A DNA stretch of 64,000 nt, from NCBI GenBank assembly GCA_043756865.1, contig JAYUQG010000030.1:30703-94702 (forward strand), written 5' to 3'. Each line of letters opens with the position of its first letter. Positions within the stretch are counted from its first letter, which is position 1. This DNA is from a bacterium. Lineage in GTDB: Bacteria > Patescibacteriota > Minisyncoccia > Phycocordibacterales > UBA6899. The notes under the pieces are model-generated. The model saw only the letters and a list, made by a program, of their open reading frames with translations. It did no database searches and had not been told where the DNA came from. Below are positions 57,423 through 64,000 of this stretch, piece after piece. A program made the position numbers and the translations under genes.

Positions 57423-58075
57423 GATCTTCGTTTCTTTACTGGATACTGTTTCACTGAAACTCCGTCGTACCGCTCCTTGAGCCCCTGATAAATGAGACCA
57501 ACCAGTGGCTTGTAGTCATTAGCGGAATCGATCTGCGCGAGCGCCTGACGATAACGATTCTTGTTTTCTTGCTCTACTTTTATGGAGATACCGATCAGTC
57601 CATAGCGCTCCAAGATCAAGTTTGCTGCTAGGCGTGCAGTGCGTCCATTGCCATCTCGGAATGGATGCACACAGGTAATAGTGTAGTGCACCCAAGCCGC
57701 AAGCTGAATAACCTGCTCAACCATCTTGTGTACTTTCTGTGTATTTCCATTTCTCCCCTTGATGACCCCTTCGGCCTTTTCTATCGCTTGGAGTTTTTGC
57801 GCTAATTCTGCTGCTCGTTCCTCCATGAGGAAAGGCACTCTCGAGTGATGCGGTGGGATGTGCTTGGAATTCGTGATCTCTAGGTTTTCTGTACGATACT
57901 TTCCCGCGATCTCAGTCCACGCATCCCTAAATATTTCCTTGTGAATCTCTTTGATAGTTTCGACGGAAATCGGCTTATGCAACTGAGCAAACTTACGCAC
58001 AAAACGAGAGGCTCGAATGACTCCGATTGCCTCTCGTTTTTGCAGCTCCTCCTCAGTGCGTGGTCGCTCAGCCAT
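57419..58075 (-). CDS. Fic-domain protein
   Basis: Canonical HPFRDGNGRTAR motif; ATGA overlap with hsdR. Confidence 0.92.
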   Translation of the reverse strand: MAERPRTEEELQKREAIGVIRASRFVRKFAQLHKPISVETIKEIHKEIFRDAWTEIAGKYRTENLEITNSKHIPPHHSRVPFLMEERAAELAQKLQAIEKAEGVIKGRNGNTQKVHKMVEQVIQLAAWVHYTITCVHPFRDGNGRTARLAANLILERYGLIGISIKVEQENKNRYRQALAQIDSANDYKPLVGLIYQGLKERYDGVSVKQYPVKKRRS

Positions 58076-58082
58076 GGAATGA

Positions 58083-58277
58083 CTAGGCTACCTTTTGTGC
58101 AAGTTTTTCGAATTCTCCGCGATCAAGCTTGCTCCCCTCGAGGGCACTGGAATAATAGGCGTGTTCAATATCCCAACCCTTCTCAAGGGCGGACTTCTCT
58201 TTCGGCGTGAGCTTCGAAATCTGCTTCTCTGCTTGTTTCTTACTCGCCATGAGGTGTACGAGCTGTAGATTCTTCAT
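58083..58277 (-). CDS. Putative Fic antitoxin
   Basis: 64 aa with (S/T)xxxE(G/N) motif YSSALEG, immediately upstream of the Fic gene; promoter TTGTCA-17-TATAGT. Confidence 0.75.
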   Translation of the reverse strand: MKNLQLVHLMASKKQAEKQISKLTPKEKSALEKGWDIEHAYYSSALEGSKLDRGEFEKLAQKVA

Positions 58278-58357
58278 ATATCGACTATACCGACTAATGG
58301 GTAATTTGACAAGTTCTCTTGAAATGGCCTTCTTTGCATAGGGCTCATCTCATTATA

Positions 58358-59548
58358 TTACAATTTCCCTGTGAAGGCCTGATGGAGAAGCGACTTCTTC
58401 AGCGCCTTCAGCGCGTCGAGTTTGCGTTTGTAGATGGATTCGAGGTGTTGGGTTTCGGATTCGAGTTTCCTGATTATTGTTACGACTCTTTCTTGTTCAG
58501 TATGAGATGGGAGAGCAATTGGGTAAGGTTCGAGAGTTTCTTTGGTCACCCCGATCTGACCTGCCGCTCGCTCAGAATGGTAAATAATGTATTCGAGGAT
58601 TGTGGAGTGCTTCAGGAAGTAAAAAAGGAAGTCGCGGGAGATTTTTGATTCATCTGGCACTGCTTTCATCAATGCGACGTTATAAGCCCCTTCTAGTCCA
58701 CGGAGGATTTGAAAAAGTGGGGGGCCGTAGCGTCCAATCATTACGTCATCAGCGTTGCAGAATCGTCTTGCCTGAGCGCGCGGAATGTAAACGACATGGT
58801 TGTCGCTCTTGTAGTCACGAATCTGAATGAGGCGGATGTTATCTTCCTGCTTGGTTTTCGAGAATACCAGCTTCGGTGGCTGTGAGCCACCGATAAACTC
58901 ACAAACTTCTCCCAGGGATGACTCCGCCCACCCCGGGCCGCGCTGTGTGAAGACAGATTGGAGGTGGCTTTCAAAGAGGGCGCGTGCGTTTTGCAGGTTT
59001 TTCTCGGCATTGGCTTTTGCTGTGGCGATGCCCTTAAACGCTTCGTCGAGCAGACCAACGATCCGCTGCTGTTCGTCCAGCGGTGGGACGGGAATAGTGT
59101 AATCCTCGATGAAATCCTTGGACACTCGCTTGTGCCCGACTGCGCCTGTCATCCGCGCCGAACCTTCGACCCGAAATGTTTCACGAGAAAGGAAGTAGTA
59201 GAGCCATTCCTTGCTGACTGTTGGGTCGGGGCGAAACACATAGTATTCGCTCGAACCGAAGCCGATTCCGTTCTTCAGCCCATCTGCGATTCCAAGTTTC
59301 CCGTTTTCAAAGCAAGGCGTGATTTTCGCGAGAAGAACATCACCATCGGCGAAGTAAGTGTAGCTTCCGACGACTGCGGACAGCGGCTTCGTTTGAGTCG
59401 CCTGCACGAACTTCACGTCAATACCCATGTCCTCCATCGGCAGGAACGAGACCAGCGAAGAAGATGAAACCTTTTCACGTGCTTCGCTTTTCGGGGGCTT
59501 TATCTGGCACACCTCCGCGAGCGCCTTTGTATGCCACCCCTTCTTCAT
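58358..59548 (-). CDS. hsdS: Type I R-M specificity subunit
   Basis: Two TRDs with conserved PVPPLDEQQRIV and LPS..EQ..VV; C-terminal LKKSLLHQAFTGKL; ATGA overlap with hsdM. Confidence 0.92.
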   Translation of the reverse strand: MKKGWHTKALAEVCQIKPPKSEAREKVSSSSLVSFLPMEDMGIDVKFVQATQTKPLSAVVGSYTYFADGDVLLAKITPCFENGKLGIADGLKNGIGFGSSEYYVFRPDPTVSKEWLYYFLSRETFRVEGSARMTGAVGHKRVSKDFIEDYTIPVPPLDEQQRIVGLLDEAFKGIATAKANAEKNLQNARALFESHLQSVFTQRGPGWAESSLGEVCEFIGGSQPPKLVFSKTKQEDNIRLIQIRDYKSDNHVVYIPRAQARRFCNADDVMIGRYGPPLFQILRGLEGAYNVALMKAVPDESKISRDFLFYFLKHSTILEYIIYHSERAAGQIGVTKETLEPYPIALPSHTEQERVVTIIRKLESETQHLESIYKRKLDALKALKKSLLHQAFTGKL

Positions 59549-61002
59549 AGCAGCGCTTTGATATTCTCCAGCACTTCTGCGCTCTCGGCGTCCAGCGCGG
59601 CGATTTCCTTCATAATGTCTTTTGGACTCTTGTGCACGATTTCTTCTCCGCCGTTCGGATTCTTTACGGAGAGATCGAAAGTCTTCTGGTCGATGGTGGA
59701 AATATCTACGGACCACGACTTCAGTGAGTCGGCCTTTGTTTTTTGAAGCTTGATGAACTCTGCAAGATCGGCATCATTCAAGGGATTAGTCTTTCCCATG
59801 TTGCGACCGGGCTCCAGCTGGTAGTACCAGACCTTGCGGGTCTTTGATCCTTTCTCGAAGAAGAGCACGACCGTCTTCACTCCCGCACCCTGGAATGTAC
59901 CACTCGGCATATCGAGCACAGTATGGAGGTTGCAACTCTCCAAAAGGAGCTTCCGCAAGCTGACTGAGGCATTGTCTGTGTTTGAGAGGAACGTGTTCTT
60001 GATGACCACGCCACCGCGTCCCCCCGCTTTGAGCATCTTGATGAAATGCTGAAGGAAAAGAAACGCAGTCTCGCCGGTACGAATAGGAAAATTTTGCTGC
60101 ACTTCTGGTCGCTCTTTCCCACCAAATGGCGGATTGGCGAGGACTACTTCATAGCGATCCTTTTCTTGAATGTCAGCAAGGTTTTCAGTAAGCGTGTTGG
60201 TGTGGATGATGTTGGGCGCTTCTATACCATGGAGGATCATATTCATGATTGCAATCACGTAGGCGAGGGACTTCTTTTCCTTGCCGTAAAACGTGCCCTC
60301 CTGCAGTTTTTTGTCTTGCGCAACGGTACGCTTGGGATTCATTTCCTGTAGATAGTCGTACGCCTCACAAAGGAAGCCCGCGGAGCCAACTGCAGCGTCG
60401 TAAACACGCTCACCGAGCTTGGGTGCAGTCACCGCCACCATGGCGCGAATGAGTGGGCGTGGCGTGTAATACTCGCCACCGTTTCTGCCAGCATTCCCCA
60501 TGTTCTTGATCTTGGTTTCGTAGAGGTGTGAGAGCTCGTGCTTCTCAGTCTGGGAACGAAATCGGAGTTCATCGATATGGTCGATGACTTCGCGGAGATT
60601 ATACCCACTCTGCATGCGGTTTTTTATCTCGCCGAAAATCTCACCGATCTTGTATTCGATGGTGTTCGGACCGCTCGCCTTTTGCTTGAAAGCGTGGAGA
60701 TACGGGAAAAGCTTTTGATTCACAAACGCGAGCAAATCCTCGCCTTTCATTGAGGTGTTATGGTCGAGCTTTCCATCATTTCCCCGCGGAGCTGCCCACG
60801 TGCCCCAACGATATTCTGGATCGAGGATGTAGGAGTATTTCTTGCCGTCTACCTTGGCCTCCATGGCCTTGTCGTGCTCCAGATCGTCGAGGTATTTTAG
60901 GAAGAGGAGCCAAGAAGTCTGCTCGGTATAGTCGAGTTCGCTCGATGATCCGGCATCCTTATGCAGTATGTCGTCGATATTCTTGAAAGTTTGCTCAAAC
61001 AT
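59545..61002 (-). CDS. hsdM: Type I R-M N6-adenine methyltransferase
   Basis: GEYYTPR, YDAAVGSAGFL, LANPPFGG. Confidence 0.95.
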   Translation of the reverse strand: MFEQTFKNIDDILHKDAGSSSELDYTEQTSWLLFLKYLDDLEHDKAMEAKVDGKKYSYILDPEYRWGTWAAPRGNDGKLDHNTSMKGEDLLAFVNQKLFPYLHAFKQKASGPNTIEYKIGEIFGEIKNRMQSGYNLREVIDHIDELRFRSQTEKHELSHLYETKIKNMGNAGRNGGEYYTPRPLIRAMVAVTAPKLGERVYDAAVGSAGFLCEAYDYLQEMNPKRTVAQDKKLQEGTFYGKEKKSLAYVIAIMNMILHGIEAPNIIHTNTLTENLADIQEKDRYEVVLANPPFGGKERPEVQQNFPIRTGETAFLFLQHFIKMLKAGGRGGVVIKNTFLSNTDNASVSLRKLLLESCNLHTVLDMPSGTFQGAGVKTVVLFFEKGSKTRKVWYYQLEPGRNMGKTNPLNDADLAEFIKLQKTKADSLKSWSVDISTIDQKTFDLSVKNPNGGEEIVHKSPKDIMKEIAALDAESAEVLENIKALL

Positions 61003-61257
61003 AATTGGCTAAGTATCTATTGAGCAAGCATAAGCTTTTTACCCCTCTTTTACAATCAGTAATGCTTGCGCCTAGTTAAAGGAGGCTTTAACAGAAGGCG
61101 TGAGCAAATTGCATATCTTATTATGCGACGCAATTAAAAGAATAACTGACTTATGCCCGCTCACATGCAACCTAACAAATTTTAGTAGTTACAAAGGTAT
61201 GTTAAATTTACTAAATTTACTTAAAGCTACAGAGATTTATCTAGACCTTGTCCTGTT

Positions 61258-61830
61258 TCAGTATTGCTGAGCAACAACAAAGTCGTACAATTCTTTAAAT
61301 GACGGGCATCTAGTCTTAAGTACGTCCAAGGATACGTGGGCAGCGATGATGCTGTTGTGGGTAGTGTTTAAATACCTTTTTTCTTTGTTAGAACATAAAA
61401 AAACCAAATCTCTCAGCTTCTGAGAAAGTATGTTTTCTGGCAAACCCTTTGTTTTGGGTAGTTTTTTTAGATTTAATGCTCTTTTGATACCCGATGGATC
61501 ACTCAAAAACCAAGCCTCAATTTCTTCTGTTGGTATACAAATTAGGTATTTTGGGAATGGATTTGCTTTTAAAATAGAGCTGAGCTCAAGCCTGAGACTT
61601 TTTAAGTCGCTTCTGTCGCGGTCATGAACTAAAATGAGAATATCACAGCCCCTACTTTTAAGATTAAGTGCATAATCTCCAGCCTTTCTGCGCAACTTGG
61701 CGCAGCCACCCGCAATTGACTGCTTAAAAGCAATATTCTGTTTCGTAGTAATTCGCCTAATTATTATTTTTGTCGACTCAAAATCACTCAAATCTTCAGC
61801 AATGATTCCGATGCATTTAACTTTACTCAT
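61258..61830 (-). CDS. DUF4276-like (TOPRIM-related) protein
   Basis: IIAED, VHDRD, EEIEAWFLSD, CPSF; overlaps the ATPase stop; low GC. Confidence 0.7.
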   Translation of the reverse strand: MSKVKCIGIIAEDLSDFESTKIIIRRITTKQNIAFKQSIAGGCAKLRRKAGDYALNLKSRGCDILILVHDRDRSDLKSLRLELSSILKANPFPKYLICIPTEEIEAWFLSDPSGIKRALNLKKLPKTKGLPENILSQKLRDLVFLCSNKEKRYLNTTHNSIIAAHVSLDVLKTRCPSFKELYDFVVAQQY

Positions 61831-63040
61831 ATGCAAATCCACTTTCCTTCCAATATTCCCCCAAATTACCAGATTTTTCTAAATATTCACGAAGTGCTCT
61901 AAAGTCATTTTTTGACAACGACTGAGTCAGGGATTTAACTTGAGTACCCTTTCCTTTCTGTTTATTCACCAATAAAACATTTTCAGGCTTAAGCATATCC
62001 AACACATAATCTGAATGTGTACTTAAGATAATTTGCTTGTGTGCCGACTCTTGTTTAATTAATTCAATTACGCTACTCAGTAATCCGTGATGAACACAGA
62101 CCTCAGGTTCTTCAATTAGTAGCAGATTACTTTGATCATTTAGTATATAAAATATAAGTGCAAGTGTCTTAAAAGTACCCTCGGAAAGCTGATTTAGCGA
62201 CAAGGAGAGGCCGTCGATCTTGATTGTCGGAATAACAATGTGTTTACTCCTCTCGATAATTTTTACTTTGCCACCAGACTTAACTTCATGCGAATTACTT
62301 GGCAATTCATGCTCGATAAAATCGAGTTCTTCAATAAGCCCAATTCCATTTTTCCCAACTGTATTCACGTATTGCCTAAATTTACCGGCGTTGTTCTTCT
62401 TTATGGTATATAAATCAAAGATAAATTTATCGTGAGTTCTTTCTGACCTAATATTTCTAAAATGCGACCCCGAATTCTCTGATTCAATTTCAATTGAAAC
62501 TGGACATCTGCTCGGGTCTGAAAACTGTGTTGCACCATAATAGCTTATGTTTAATAGGTATTTCAATATTTCAAATGCCGTACCTCGATCAGGGTCGTTT
62601 TTGCCCTGTTTAATGAAATAGCCACGACTAGTTAATCCACTCTTGTGTCGAAACGGAAAATTTTGCATCTCGGGCGGGATTTCTTTCCACTTAGATTTGA
62701 CGCCAGTTTTTCGATAATTAATTTGAATTGAATAGATTTGATCTCGACTACTTTCATCTGGATCATAAAAGATAGTCGCTTTTACATCTAGTAATACTTT
62801 ATTTATTTCTAACTTAAGATTTATTGTAGCTTTTGAAAAAGAAAGCCTTCGCGCAACTTGCATTATGTTCCTGCCAAATCTGGACCTGGGTAAATTTTGA
62901 AAAAGGAGGAAACTATTTAATATATTGCTCTTACCTGCACCGTTAGTTCCTATTAACACCGTGAGATTTTCGCTGATATTTAACTTAGTACTAATACAGG
63001 ATTTATAGTTCGTTATGCTGTATTTTTGTAATTTAATCAT
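61823..63040 (-). CDS. AAA_21/ABC-type ATPase
   Basis: NYKS, GTNGAGKSN, LSEGT, LLIEEPE..VH, STHS, C-terminal LGEYW; low GC. Confidence 0.88.
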   Translation of the reverse strand: MIKLQKYSITNYKSCISTKLNISENLTVLIGTNGAGKSNILNSFLLFQNLPRSRFGRNIMQVARRLSFSKATINLKLEINKVLLDVKATIFYDPDESSRDQIYSIQINYRKTGVKSKWKEIPPEMQNFPFRHKSGLTSRGYFIKQGKNDPDRGTAFEILKYLLNISYYGATQFSDPSRCPVSIEIESENSGSHFRNIRSERTHDKFIFDLYTIKKNNAGKFRQYVNTVGKNGIGLIEELDFIEHELPSNSHEVKSGGKVKIIERSKHIVIPTIKIDGLSLSLNQLSEGTFKTLALIFYILNDQSNLLLIEEPEVCVHHGLLSSVIELIKQESAHKQIILSTHSDYVLDMLKPENVLLVNKQKGKGTQVKSLTQSLSKNDFRALREYLEKSGNLGEYWKESGFAYE

Positions 63041-63175
63041 TTTTTGATTTTATCATTAAGAATTCATCCTGGCTTTATCCGCTCATACGATAAATGATCT
63101 TGGCGAAAACAAGGTTTGGTTCGGCGCAAAGAATGAGACGTCCTGGTGGAGTTTCCAAAAAACCCAACCTCGCTC

Positions 63176-63297
63176 GGAGGTTCAGATTTTGGATGCAATC
63201 CGACGGCGGTTTTGCGCAGTGTGTCAGCGGGAATAGTCGGCTATTTCCGCGACACCGAGCACAAAACCAGCTAGGAGTGCGCCAAAATTGGACGTCC
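63176..63297. repeat. Long imperfect hairpin element at the rpoD 3' end
   Basis: TTTTGG/CCAAAA, GGTTTTG/CAAAACC, GTGTC/GACAC, GCGGGAATAG/CTATTTCCGC around a TCGG loop. Confidence 0.7.
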
Positions 63298-63307
63298 CTC
63301 CAACCAA

Positions 63308-64000
63308 CTAGTAAGACCTAAGTTTGTTTATGTTGCCGTGTTGGCGAATCTTTTCATGCGCCTTGGCCTCAATTTGGCGAATACGTTCACGAGTCACACC
63401 AAACTCCTTGCCAACCTCTTCTAATGTGTGTGTAACACCATCTAGGAGGCCGTGGCGCATTTCAAGGATTTTGCGTTCCTTCGGGCTAAGATCCGAAAGT
63501 ATCTCCCCCACTTGATCCGAAAGAATACGGCGGGAAGATTCTGCATCGGGAGAGAGAATTTTGTCGTCGGCGATGAATTCACCGAGTGTCGACTTCTCAT
63601 CGTCATCACCAATCGGCTTCTCGAGTGACACCGTGTCTTGGTCGATATTTTCGATGATGCGGACGCGCTCGACATCGATACCCATCTCGGTCGAAACTTC
63701 CTCGGCCATTGGCTCGCGTCCAAGGTCTTGGGTCAGACGGCGGACCACCTGCTTGTATTTCGCAATGGTCTCCACCATGTGCACAGGAATACGGATGGTG
63801 CGGCTTTGGTCGGCGAGTGCGCGGGTAATAGCCTGACGAATCCACCATGTGGCGTACGTCGAGAATTTAAAACCTTTCGACCAGTCGAATTTGTCTACTG
63901 CTCTAAAGAGTCCGAGGTTCCCCTCTTGAATGAGGTCAAGGAGTGTGAGGTCGGGAGAGCGTCCTACATACTTCTTCGCAACGGAAACCACGAGGCGGAG
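63308..64000 (-). CDS. rpoD: Primary sigma factor RpoD/SigA (3' part)
   Basis: [52 protein letters not shown]. Confidence 0.95.
   Translation of the reverse strand, partial: LRLVVSVAKKYVGRSPDLTLLDLIQEGNLGLFRAVDKFDWSKGFKFSTYATWWIRQAITRALADQSRTIRIPVHMVETIAKYKQVVRRLTQDLGREPMAEEVSTEMGIDVERVRIIENIDQDTVSLEKPIGDDDEKSTLGEFIADDKILSPDAESSRRILSDQVGEILSDLSPKERKILEMRHGLLDGVTHTLEEVGKEFGVTRERIRQIEAKAHEKIRQHGNINKLRSY

Noticed and set aside
59549-59716. N-terminal extension of the HsdS ORF in the track
   Set aside because: Overlaps hsdM; the real start is the ATG at 59548 in an ATGA overlap

Overview
Bacterial chromosome segment in genetic code 11. The gene content and style (short, often leaderless genes; DsbA/DsbB; VF530, NYN and EVE proteins; many ORFans) suggest Patescibacteria/Parcubacteria (CPR); this is an inference. 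The backbone carries a MacAB-like ABC exporter, an NDH-2/DsbB/thioredoxin cluster, a copper locus (copZ-copA-cupredoxin-CcdA), engB, dsbA, a SUF Fe-S operon and the 3' part of rpoD. Many single-gene units with their own TTGACA-type promoter, SD site and intrinsic terminator are scattered among these genes, and some interrupt the SUF operon. The most striking feature lies at about 48.9-54.0 kb: roughly 14 co-oriented copies or fragments of an imperfect palindrome (ACTATTCGCCTATTC[optional structured insert]GCGCGAATTAGAGAATAG). These separate single-gene cassettes, also sit in-frame inside a winged-helix gene, and are accompanied by two perfect palindromes of 48 and 54 bp. No recombinase is visible in the window. 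The array abuts a defence island next to rpoD: GIY-YIG nuclease, type I R-M with an embedded Fic toxin-antitoxin pair, and an ABC-ATPase + DUF4276-like pair. Also noted: a candidate structured ncRNA (17.65-17.89 kb), a 930-aa tandem metallophosphoesterase-like protein and a MITE. All calls come from reading the sequence; no database searches were run.
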